Shown in pieces: positions 7,922 to 15,309 of a stretch of 15,309 nucleotides of DNA. Source of the DNA: an uncultured archaeon. Its GTDB lineage: Archaea; Asgardarchaeota; Lokiarchaeia; Sigyniarchaeales; SOKP01. A program made the position numbers and the translations under genes. The stretch is from assembly GCA_964388035.1 (NCBI GenBank), contig CAYLZE010000116.1, forward strand, positions 1 to 15,309. The letters are read 5' to 3'. Under the pieces are notes generated by a model. It made no database searches. It saw nothing but the letters and a program-made list of their open reading frames with translations, and was not told the origin of the DNA. How positions within the stretch are numbered: position 1 is the stretch's first letter; every line of letters starts with the position of its first letter.

Positions 7922-7939
7922 ATTGAAATACATTTCAAT
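7922..7939. promoter_or_regulatory. Perfect 8-2-8 inverted repeat ATTGAAAT-AC-ATTTCAAT upstream of gpmI; candidate operator
   Basis: Seen directly, about 28 bp upstream of the gpmI ATG. The AT-rich context lowers its significance. Confidence 0.35.
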
Positions 7940-8043
7940 TAAAAAAATATCGTGATACTTGAAAAATGTAGAAATTACATTATATCATGCCATCTTACTT
8001 GAGATAATGCTAAGATTTTGTTAAAAAAACCGATTATGAAATA

Positions 8044-8712
8044 TTAACCACTTTTAAATTCAAGTTTCTTGTTTTTTAATATCATGAGAACAATGAAGAT
8101 AACGGAGACAAGCATGATGCCCATGAAGGAAGTTCCCAGAGAGATTAATCTAAAGTTGCCTTCTACTTTAATCAGAACGATCCCATCATCATCGATGTAT
8201 GTTTCGGTGAGAACTACCCCACGCGGATGATATTCTAATACCGAGGAGTAGTTTTGCATCAATTTAGTTATGGTGGACCCCTCTACCGTATAAGAACTCG
8301 GTAAAGTCTCCAAGGCATCTTGGAGAAATCTATCTGTAGGGGTAAGAATGAACAGGTTATCCTTGTACTCGGTAGGAGTGGAAGGCACGGTGTAGTATTT
8401 TATCACACCTTTTTGATTGAAATCGCTTCCATAATCCCAAAAATCAGCAACAATCGTGTAATCTCCTGTATCCGTAGGAGTTACTATGCTATCTATTTTT
8501 ATCCGGAGCTGATCACCTACTTCAAAAAAGGGGTTGAATCCAAATGTTCGTTCAAAATTATGTCGATTCAGCTCAGTAATTTTCCAAGTGTATACATCAT
8601 CTTCATGGACTCCCAATTCAAAAGTGGCTTGAGCTCGCACGAAGAGGCCTTTATTTATTATCAATAATCCTACCACGAAGATGAGGAAGATGATGCGTTG
8701 AGTGCGTTTCAA
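8044..8712 (-). CDS. Secreted protein with C-terminal transmembrane anchor (Lokiarchaeia-style surface protein, function unknown)
   Basis: TTG start; signal peptide MKRTQR + hydrophobic stretch + VRA/QA; LGVHEDDVYTWKITE start of a beta-rich domain; C-terminal ISLGTSF + hydrophobic helix + basic tail KNKK. Confidence 0.75.
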   Translation of the reverse strand: MKRTQRIIFLIFVVGLLIINKGLFVRAQATFELGVHEDDVYTWKITELNRHNFERTFGFNPFFEVGDQLRIKIDSIVTPTDTGDYTIVADFWDYGSDFNQKGVIKYYTVPSTPTEYKDNLFILTPTDRFLQDALETLPSSYTVEGSTITKLMQNYSSVLEYHPRGVVLTETYIDDDGIVLIKVEGNFRLISLGTSFMGIMLVSVIFIVLMILKNKKLEFKSG

Positions 8713-8887
8713 TTTGTTTTAAAATTATAGTAATTTTCTTTGATCTTTATAATTCAAGTATCTTCAAAAAGTTTTCATAAAGACCAAGACGAATTAAAAT
8801 CGTAAAAAATAACTCTTGAATTCTACATGGAAGGAAAAGAACATCATGATAATTTAAATGATCATGTCTCTTGAAAAACATTAATTT

Positions 8888-8909
8888 ATATTTAATCATG
8901 ATAAAATAT
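8888..8909. promoter_or_regulatory. Near-perfect 22-bp palindrome ATATTTAATCATGATAAAATAT upstream of the amidase; candidate operator
   Basis: 10 of 11 positions pair. The core ATCATGAT is repeated at 8843-8850, with ATCATG at 8861-8866, in the same divergent intergenic region. Confidence 0.4.
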
Positions 8910-8936
8910 CTATAATGAAGAAATTTTAGTGATCTC

Positions 8937-10355
8937 ATGAAAAAAGAAGATATCTGTTTCATGTCTGCCCTTGAAATGGCGGAAAAAATTAAGACCCAAG
9001 AATTGAGTTCTGTTGAAATTACTGAAATATTGATCGAGCGAATCAACAAGCTAAATCCCTCAATTAATGCTTATTGTACCACAAGTTTTGATCTTGCGAG
9101 AGAAATGGCGAAAGCAGCAGATGATAGAGTAAAGAAAGGAGAAAAATTGGGCGTATTAAATGGTATCCCTTCATCTGTCAAGGATCTCATGCAAACCAAG
9201 GGGATTAGAACCACTTATGGCTCTAAACTTTATGAAAATTTTATTCCCGAGGTAGATGATATTGCAGTGGGGAGATTAAAAAAGGAAGGGTGTGTATTAC
9301 TGGGGAAAACGAATACACCGGAGTTTGGACATGTTCCCTTGACCCATAATCTCGTGTTTGGTGTTACCAAAAACCCGTGGGATTTAAACAAAACATCGGG
9401 CGGTTCCAGTGGAGGAGCGGCTGCTTCCGTGGCAGCAGGACTCGGTCCCTTGGCTCTTGGCTCTGATGGTGGTGGTTCCATACGGATACCCAGTTCATTA
9501 TGTGGCGTTTTTGGTCTTAAACCCACCTTTGGAAGGGTGCCGCGTTATCCACCTATAGGAATCGCATTTTGGACCATGGATCATTACGGGCCGTTAACAA
9601 GATACGTGAAGGATGCAGCCCTCATGCTTAATGCCATAAAAGGATTCCACCCTTCTGACAAAAATACATTTCCAGATGAGGGAATTGACTATGTTAAATC
9701 ATTAGATCAAGTCCCGAATAAATTAAGGATTGGCTATTCCTTTGATTTAGGCTTCTTTCGATCCACCGAACCCGAGATAGAACAAATTGTACAAAAAGGG
9801 ATTGACCATTTGAACCAGCATGATTGGGTCCTTGAACCATTAAAAATGAAGGTAAAAAAACCAGAATATGCATTCAGTCTTTTGGTCAGTTCGGGATACG
9901 CATATGACCTAAAGAAGGATATCGTTGAAAGAAAAGAAGACATTACTCCCGGCTTAGCCCGCATCATTGAAGCGGGGTCCACTTATAATGCTATTGATCT
10001 TGGAAAAGCAACGGCTCAACGTCAAGAACTTTATGATACATTTTACCAGATATTCGAGGAACATGACATTATCATAACACCCACTACTCCAACTCCCGCT
10101 TTTGAAGCGGGTACCGATCAATTTCCAAAAGTTAAAGGAAAACAATTATCCACGGTGAGTTGGATGTCTTTCACCTATCCTTTTAATCTCCTTGGACTTC
10201 CCGCTGCAAATATTCCTTGCGGCTGGACAAAAGAAGGATTACCTGTCGGCATGCAAGTAATAGGGAAAAGATACGATGAGCAAACCGTGCTCCAAGTGGC
10301 AGCCGCTTATGAAAAAGTAGCCCCTTGGCAAGAAAAAAGACCCAACTTTTCGTGA
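8937..10355 (+). CDS. Amidase signature family amidase
   Basis: Motifs: GIPSSVKD (catalytic Lys), GKTNTPEFG, SGGSSGGAAA, GSDGGGSIRIPS (Ser-cisSer-Lys triad), GLKPTFGRVP, FTYPFNLLGLPA, GLPVGMQ. GatA-specific motifs are absent. Confidence 0.93.
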   Translation: MKKEDICFMSALEMAEKIKTQELSSVEITEILIERINKLNPSINAYCTTSFDLAREMAKAADDRVKKGEKLGVLNGIPSSVKDLMQTKGIRTTYGSKLYENFIPEVDDIAVGRLKKEGCVLLGKTNTPEFGHVPLTHNLVFGVTKNPWDLNKTSGGSSGGAAASVAAGLGPLALGSDGGGSIRIPSSLCGVFGLKPTFGRVPRYPPIGIAFWTMDHYGPLTRYVKDAALMLNAIKGFHPSDKNTFPDEGIDYVKSLDQVPNKLRIGYSFDLGFFRSTEPEIEQIVQKGIDHLNQHDWVLEPLKMKVKKPEYAFSLLVSSGYAYDLKKDIVERKEDITPGLARIIEAGSTYNAIDLGKATAQRQELYDTFYQIFEEHDIIITPTTPTPAFEAGTDQFPKVKGKQLSTVSWMSFTYPFNLLGLPAANIPCGWTKEGLPVGMQVIGKRYDEQTVLQVAAAYEKVAPWQEKRPNFS

Positions 10356-10380
10356 ATTTCTCTTGTAAAGGATAATTCAA

Positions 10381-10815
10381 CTATTCTTTTTTTTTTCTAC
10401 ATTTATTGCAAATTCGATATACATCAATCCTCTTACTGATGGGGTCAAAATCAAATTCCTTTTTTATTTGATTCCAAAATGCATTTATCGTTTCGGTCTG
10501 ATAATCCTCTATCTCCCCGCAAATCGGACAAATAGCGTTAATGTGAGGAGAAGTGTCCGTTTCATACCTCGAATCTCTATTAACAGTTTTGATTTTCGTG
10601 ACTCGCCCGAGGTCTAACATTAAATCTAAAATTTGATAAATCGTGGATAAACTAATGGTAGGATACGTCAATTTAACATCTTGATAAATGTCCTCCACAT
10701 TGGGATGATCTTTTCTTGTTCTTAAAGATTCAAAGACTGCAAGTCGTTGAGGAGTGACCTTTTTGTTTTTTTCCCTCAAGGACTTAATAAACTTTTCTCG
10801 TTCTAAATCTTCCAT
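10381..10815 (-). CDS. Fur family transcriptional regulator, PerR-like
   Basis: Motifs: TPQRLAV, DHPNVEDIY, ISLSTIY, SRYE...PHINAICPICGEIED and C-terminal CNKC (two CxxC zinc-site motifs). Divergent from a peroxiredoxin gene. Confidence 0.9.
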   Translation of the reverse strand: MEDLEREKFIKSLREKNKKVTPQRLAVFESLRTRKDHPNVEDIYQDVKLTYPTISLSTIYQILDLMLDLGRVTKIKTVNRDSRYETDTSPHINAICPICGEIEDYQTETINAFWNQIKKEFDFDPISKRIDVYRICNKCRKKKE

Positions 10816-10876
10816 TACTTATTTAAAACCCTTTTTAAATTATAAATGTAATTTTTAAATGATATAAGTATTTATT

Positions 10877-10908
10877 TAATAATGATTTTTAAGTACTAAT
10901 CATTCTTG
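10877..10908. promoter_or_regulatory. Per/Fur-box-like sites between the regulator and the peroxiredoxin
   Basis: TAATAATGATTTTTA (10877-10891) matches the Bacillus Per box TTATAATNATTATAA at 11 of 14 positions. AATGATT (10881-10887) and AATCATT (10898-10904) form an inverted repeat with a 10-bp spacer. Confidence 0.5.
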
Positions 10909-10975
10909 ATCGTTTAAATTATAAAAACAATTTTTAAAATAAAGAATGAATATTCAAAAATTGGTGAAATTTAAA

Positions 10976-11638
10976 ATGTCAAAAGAAATAGGCATTCCTT
11001 TAATAGGAGATATGTTTCCCACCATGGAGGTTACTACCACCTTCGGACCGATGAAACTCCCTGATGATGCAATTGCGGGAAACCACTGGTTCGTATTGTT
11101 TTCCCATCCCGGAGACTTTACCCCAGTTTGCACCACGGAATTTTATTCATTTGCGAAAAGAAATGATCAATTTCAAGCGTTAAACACAAGGTTAATTGGA
11201 CTTTCTTTAGATCAAGTGTTTTCCCATATTAAATGGGGAGAATGGATAAAAGATAATCTGAACATTGAAATTCCTTTTCCAATCATTGCCGATCACGGAA
11301 GTGTCAGTCACAAGCTCGGCATGATCCATCCTGGTAAGGGTTCAAATACCGTGCGCGCTGTTTTTATCGTGGATAATAAGGGAATAATACGGTTAATTAT
11401 CTATTATCCGCAAGAGATTGGACGCAACATGGATGAAATAATACGCGCAGTCAAAGCATTGCAGCTCTCAGATAAGGAGAAAGTAGCGGTCCCGGCAAAT
11501 TGGCCCAATAACGAGTTAATCAAGGATCGCGTGATCATTCACCCCGCCAGAGATGTGAAAACAGCTAAAGAGCGCTTGGCAGGTGCGGGCAAGGATTATG
11601 AGTGTTATGATTGGTGGTTTTGTCATAAAAAGGTGTAA
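10976..11638 (+). CDS. Peroxiredoxin, Prx6 subfamily, archaeal type
   Basis: Motifs: [15 protein letters not shown] (peroxidatic Cys), [23 protein letters not shown], and C-terminal CYDWWFC as in Aeropyrum TPx. The start is placed at ATG 10976 behind a GGTGA SD (10963-10967) rather than at 10946. Confidence 0.95.
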   Translation: MSKEIGIPLIGDMFPTMEVTTTFGPMKLPDDAIAGNHWFVLFSHPGDFTPVCTTEFYSFAKRNDQFQALNTRLIGLSLDQVFSHIKWGEWIKDNLNIEIPFPIIADHGSVSHKLGMIHPGKGSNTVRAVFIVDNKGIIRLIIYYPQEIGRNMDEIIRAVKALQLSDKEKVAVPANWPNNELIKDRVIIHPARDVKTAKERLAGAGKDYECYDWWFCHKKV

Positions 11639-11675
11639 AAAATACTCGAAAAAATAAGGCTTTAACTTAAACCAT

Positions 11676-11701
11676 CTTTTTTTTCCTCTTTCTATTCTTT
11701 C
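11676..11701 (+). terminator. Pyrimidine/T-rich tract after the peroxiredoxin; probable archaeal-type terminator
   Basis: ctttttttt cctctttctattctttc lies downstream of the prx stop, between convergent genes. Confidence 0.4.
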
Positions 11702-11759
11702 TATTAAGAAGATTTTGAATTCTTTAAAGGGATATCAAACAAGCGGGAATTTGGTTCTT

Positions 11760-12854
11760 TTAAAAAAATGAGGAATTTTGGACGCTTGCAATTTGGCAAG
11801 AATCGCCGATGGTTATCTTTTTCTTGATTAAATCCTCTAAAATTGCATAATCTCCAATGATACTCTCGGATGAGATAATTTTTTTCAAGAAAACTCCATC
11901 ACTGATGACTGCTTCGGAAAGGATGCATTTTTCTATTTCCACGTCATCACCGATAGATACATTAGGTCCAATGATAGAATCCGAGATCTTGGCATTTTCT
12001 CCAATAAAAACGGGAGGAATGATTTTGGAATCGACAAGGTTCTTAGATGGGATGAATGCTTCATAGGAAGGATCGTTTAGCTTGACTTCAGAAAGTAAGT
12101 ATCGATTTCCGTCCAATAAACTCTCAGGTCTTCCAAAGTCCAGGATTTCCTCTTTCATTTCATTGATGCTTATTTTTTTGTTTTCCTCGATGAGCTGCTC
12201 TATAACTGGGGTTAATTGATGTTCTTTTCCATTTTCTAAAGGGATCTTACTCTGAATTTCTAAGAGTTCAAATAATCGGTGGGTAGTATCTTTACTGAAT
12301 AAATATGCTCCAGATACGGCATAATCTGAGATATATTCTTGGGGTTTTTCCACTATCTTTATAATATACTTTTCTTGCTCATCTAATACCGTGACTCCAT
12401 AAAATTCGGGATTTTTCACGCGCTTGACGTTAATTACGCCATCACACTCATTTTGGTGAAAATTCAAGAGAATAGTGGTATACTCTTCCAGGGGTAAGCG
12501 ATCACTCAAGAAAATGAAACAATCATCATTTTTTACGTGATTTTTTGCTAATAAAATAGCATCTCCCAATCCTGAAAAATAGGGCGTCTCATTGCTATAA
12601 CCAAGAGGTTCTTGTACTTCAAAAAATAAATTAAAATAATCAGAGTAATTTGTACTGAGGTAATCGATAATTTGTCTTTTTTTATATCCTACTATAAAAC
12701 AGAGATTAGTTCCTCGAGGAAAGGTTTTCTTTAATTTTAATATAATATGATCGATTAATCGCTTTCCCGCTACTTTCAAAAATGCTTTTGGTTTGGAATA
12801 GGTAAAAGGTTGCAATCGTTTTCCAACCCCTGCTATAGGACATATCAAATACAT
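11760..12854 (-). CDS. Sugar-phosphate nucleotidyltransferase (glucose-1-phosphate thymidylyltransferase long-form-like) with C-terminal left-handed beta-helix
   Basis: Motifs: AGVGKRLQPFTYSKPK, GLGDAI, IVEKP, DFGRPESLL, and hexapeptide repeats PPVFIGENAKISDSIIGPNVSIGDDVEIEK. Confidence 0.9.
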   Translation of the reverse strand: MYLICPIAGVGKRLQPFTYSKPKAFLKVAGKRLIDHIILKLKKTFPRGTNLCFIVGYKKRQIIDYLSTNYSDYFNLFFEVQEPLGYSNETPYFSGLGDAILLAKNHVKNDDCFIFLSDRLPLEEYTTILLNFHQNECDGVINVKRVKNPEFYGVTVLDEQEKYIIKIVEKPQEYISDYAVSGAYLFSKDTTHRLFELLEIQSKIPLENGKEHQLTPVIEQLIEENKKISINEMKEEILDFGRPESLLDGNRYLLSEVKLNDPSYEAFIPSKNLVDSKIIPPVFIGENAKISDSIIGPNVSIGDDVEIEKCILSEAVISDGVFLKKIISSESIIGDYAILEDLIKKKITIGDSCQIASVQNSSFF

Positions 12855-13068
12855 GGGAGCTCCCGTTTAAAATTTTGAATTGCGGTTTATATTGCTATAA
12901 TGAATGTATTTTTATAACTTTTCTTATAGAAAATCCAAAATTGGGTTGGAAAAAAAGTTTCTGAAGAAAATCATTAAAAAAATGAACTTATTATAATATT
13001 TTTATTGAAATTTCAAAGGTCATGATAAAAATTTGAAGTGAGAGTGCTCAGATTAGCGAATTGTTGGG

Positions 13069-14616
13069 TTAAACTGTTCTTTCAATTTCTTCGGAAATAA
13101 GCATCGGTTCTTCGACTATATATTCGGGTTTTATCTTTTTATTTAATGCGCTTATTTCTTTCAATTCTTTTGAAATTAAATTGGTAGAAATCCCTTGAGT
13201 AGATAACATTTTATTCCCCTCTACGATTACACTCTTTACGAATTTTGGCATTGCATTTAACATCCACTTGAATTTTCCAAATGGATTCAAATATCGCTTC
13301 GCCATTGTCTTTAAATACGTATTATCCAAATAATAAGAAGCGTAAGCTTCCCCAACCAAGCGGTAAATTTCCCTGCTTGATAATTGTTCTGTTTTCATCA
13401 TGCTATGAAAGAGGTTGTAATGTCGAAAATTTTTACTCGTGATCATGCCTTTCTGTAGCATCTCGTCATAGAATTCCGTTCCGGGAAAAGCCGTGATGGG
13501 TGTAAATTGAACGCAAGAAAGCTTCAATGTTTTCGTGTAATTAATGGTTTGACGTACCATTTTCATCGTTTCTCCGGGATAGCCAATAATAACTCCTCCA
13601 AAAATAGAAATTCCTCTTTCCTGTAACATCTCTACTACCCTTCTCGTCATAACGGGGGTGGTATTACGCTTATTCATGGCATCCAGGCTTTGTTGATGCA
13701 CGGATTCAATTCCCAAAAAGATCTGCCGAAATCCCGCCTCATCTAATAGATCGATGAGCCAAGGATTTCGATACAAGGTATCAACTCGAGATTGGCAGCT
13801 AAAATGCAATTTATTGGGAATTCCTGACTTTATTATCGCATCTAGAATTTTTTTTGTTCTTTTACTATTAATTGTGAAATTATCCTCGCAAAAGAAAACG
13901 AAATCATTTTTCCAGTCGACACTATAAAGTTCTTGCATTATTCTATGCACGCTTTTGGTACGATATGAAAGATGATTGTAGGGATCTTTCCACATTTTGC
14001 GGATACAACAAAATTTACAATCATGGGGGCATCCTCGAGAAGATTCAATTAAATCTACACGGTTTCCAAGATAAAGATATTTCTTATGATCAATCAAATC
14101 CCTTCGGGGTAAGGGAAACACATCCAGATTAGTTTCCAAGGGACGATCAGGATTATGATGAATTTTACCCTCATTATTCTTATAAGAAAGGCCTTCAATT
14201 GTTTTCAGTTCCTTCCTGTTTTTATTCTGTTCAAGATAATCTATTAGTTCCTTGAAAGTATGCTCTCCTTCTCCTCGTACGATATAATCCACGTAAGGTC
14301 TCTTAACGACGAAATTAGGAGCTAAAGTGGGATGGTATCCTCCTAATACAGTGGTACATCCTTGTTCTTTAGCAATTTTAGCTATGTTAAACGCTTCGAA
14401 TATTTGAGGGGTGAGACTACTGATAGCTACTACATCGCAATTATTCAATTCATTTTTAAAACTTTTTTCCTCGAACTTATCCACTTTATAATCCAATAGT
14501 CTGACGTGGTGTTCTGGTACTGTTGCAGCAATGCTTATTAACCCCAACGGAATACTTTTTATGATAAAATCTAACCCAGAATCTAATCTTCCGGGATTTA
14601 TAAATAGTATATTCAT
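13069..14616 (-). CDS. Cobalamin-binding domain radical SAM enzyme
   Basis: N-terminal B12-binding domain (PLGL, VLGGYHPT, VRGEGE), SRGCPHDCKFC (CxxxCxxC), EDNF, FLGIES, IIGYPGET, FPGT. An AGGTGA SD lies 4 nt before the ATG. Confidence 0.93.
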   Translation of the reverse strand: MNILFINPGRLDSGLDFIIKSIPLGLISIAATVPEHHVRLLDYKVDKFEEKSFKNELNNCDVVAISSLTPQIFEAFNIAKIAKEQGCTTVLGGYHPTLAPNFVVKRPYVDYIVRGEGEHTFKELIDYLEQNKNRKELKTIEGLSYKNNEGKIHHNPDRPLETNLDVFPLPRRDLIDHKKYLYLGNRVDLIESSRGCPHDCKFCCIRKMWKDPYNHLSYRTKSVHRIMQELYSVDWKNDFVFFCEDNFTINSKRTKKILDAIIKSGIPNKLHFSCQSRVDTLYRNPWLIDLLDEAGFRQIFLGIESVHQQSLDAMNKRNTTPVMTRRVVEMLQERGISIFGGVIIGYPGETMKMVRQTINYTKTLKLSCVQFTPITAFPGTEFYDEMLQKGMITSKNFRHYNLFHSMMKTEQLSSREIYRLVGEAYASYYLDNTYLKTMAKRYLNPFGKFKWMLNAMPKFVKSVIVEGNKMLSTQGISTNLISKELKEISALNKKIKPEYIVEEPMLISEEIERTV

Positions 14617-15309
14617 TTATTCACCTAATTATTGAAAAATTACTAATTACTACTTTTACCCAATAGAATTTAAAATTTCTATCGTATTGTAAAAGCAAAA
14701 AATAAAATGTTATATGATTTATCTTATTATGCATTAAAGAAAAAGCTAATCTTTGTCCAGAAAATACTTTATTTCATATTCTTATTAATCTGTATTGGAG
14801 GGAAAGCTTTAACTACATCCATAGCGATTTCATTCCCAGTTCATTTCCTTAAATTACGAGATAAGGGATTTTCATATTCGGGAGAGCGAAACCTTTTTGT
14901 TTTCTACTTTAATTATTTATTGGCACACTATGACCTCCAATGGGGAATTATAAATCTCTCGTTTAGTTTCTTTACTATAGCAAGTAGAGGATTAACAATA
15001 ACTTCCCATGGCCAATCATTAAATGCCCTCGATATCTGTTTTCGATACGTTTTTTGAAAGTACAAGTGTTTGTTGAACAAAAATTATAAAAGGAGAAGAT
15101 TTCGAGATTTAAGGGTATTACATGTATTTAATTACATGAATGTTAATCTAAAAGCGTGATAAAAAGTTATTCATGTATCTCTAAATTCTAAATTAATATC
15201 CCAACATGTGATAAAATTCAACCCCTTCAAGATATAAAATGCAGGGTATTAATACTTCTTTTTTATTTTGGTCATTCCCTCTTAAATGAATTTTTGTTTT
15301 TTTTTATAA

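Noticed and set aside
8937-10355. Amidase as GatA (Glu-tRNA amidotransferase subunit A)
   Set aside because: It has GSDGGGSIRIP and TNTPEFG rather than GatA's GSDTGGSIRQP and NMDEFAMG, and there is no gatB or gatC nearby.
10976-11700. Selenocysteine peroxiredoxin or SECIS element (known in Asgard archaea)
   Set aside because: All catalytic positions are Cys codons, there is no in-frame TGA, and no SECIS-like stem was seen downstream.
387-12066. Short overlapping or antisense ORFs in the track (387..662, 1219..1446, 1943..2137, 2467..2652, 2649..2879, 3355..3576, 5472..5984, 5965..6165, 6284..6589, 7078..7287, 7097..7327, 8320..8667, 8747..9049, 9230..9526, 9734..9982, 9954..10145, 10183..10380, 10954..11136, 11857..12066)
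   Set aside because: Shadow frames of well-supported genes, with no motifs of their own.
14707-15057. 116-aa plus-strand ORF as a real gene
   Set aside because: F/L/I/Y-rich composition typical of AT-rich non-coding or shadow frames; no SD site or recognisable motif.
15133-15177. Hairpin containing AUGA as a SECIS element
   Set aside because: The AUGA is Watson-Crick paired, there is no opposing GA quartet or helix II, and no selenoprotein gene is adjacent.
1-15309. CRISPR arrays, tRNA/rRNA, transposases, integrases or defence genes
   Set aside because: No regularly spaced repeats, cloverleaf or GC-rich structured segments, or recombinase/nuclease motifs were seen by eye.

Overview
A low-GC, gene-dense window, probably archaeal and most like Asgard Lokiarchaeia/Promethearchaeota. 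This assignment is inference, from GGTGA Shine-Dalgarno sites, an archaeal-type peroxiredoxin and a Loki-style secreted protein with a C-terminal membrane anchor. Gene order: 3' end of an extended SDR; a tandemly duplicated two-gene module ([small SCP2-like protein][divergent ALDH] x2); a convergent ThDP-dependent acetolactate-synthase-like enzyme; a plant/trypanosome-type iPGM (gpmI); a secreted membrane-anchored protein; an amidase; a divergent Fur/PerR-peroxiredoxin pair; a sugar-phosphate nucleotidyltransferase; a B12-binding radical SAM enzyme; and an AT-rich tail. The standout is the ALDH pair. Copy 1 keeps the catalytic Cys but has lost the Gly-Ser of the FTGS cofactor motif. Copy 2 keeps Gly-Ser but has Asn in place of the catalytic Cys (TGC vs AAT, all three bases differ) and is otherwise intact. 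Both copies carry the same unusual motifs and a helix-G insertion, and each follows its own SCP2-like paralog. This suggests an undescribed enzyme/pseudoenzyme ALDH complex with lipid-carrier subunits. No RNA genes, CRISPR arrays or mobile elements were recognised.
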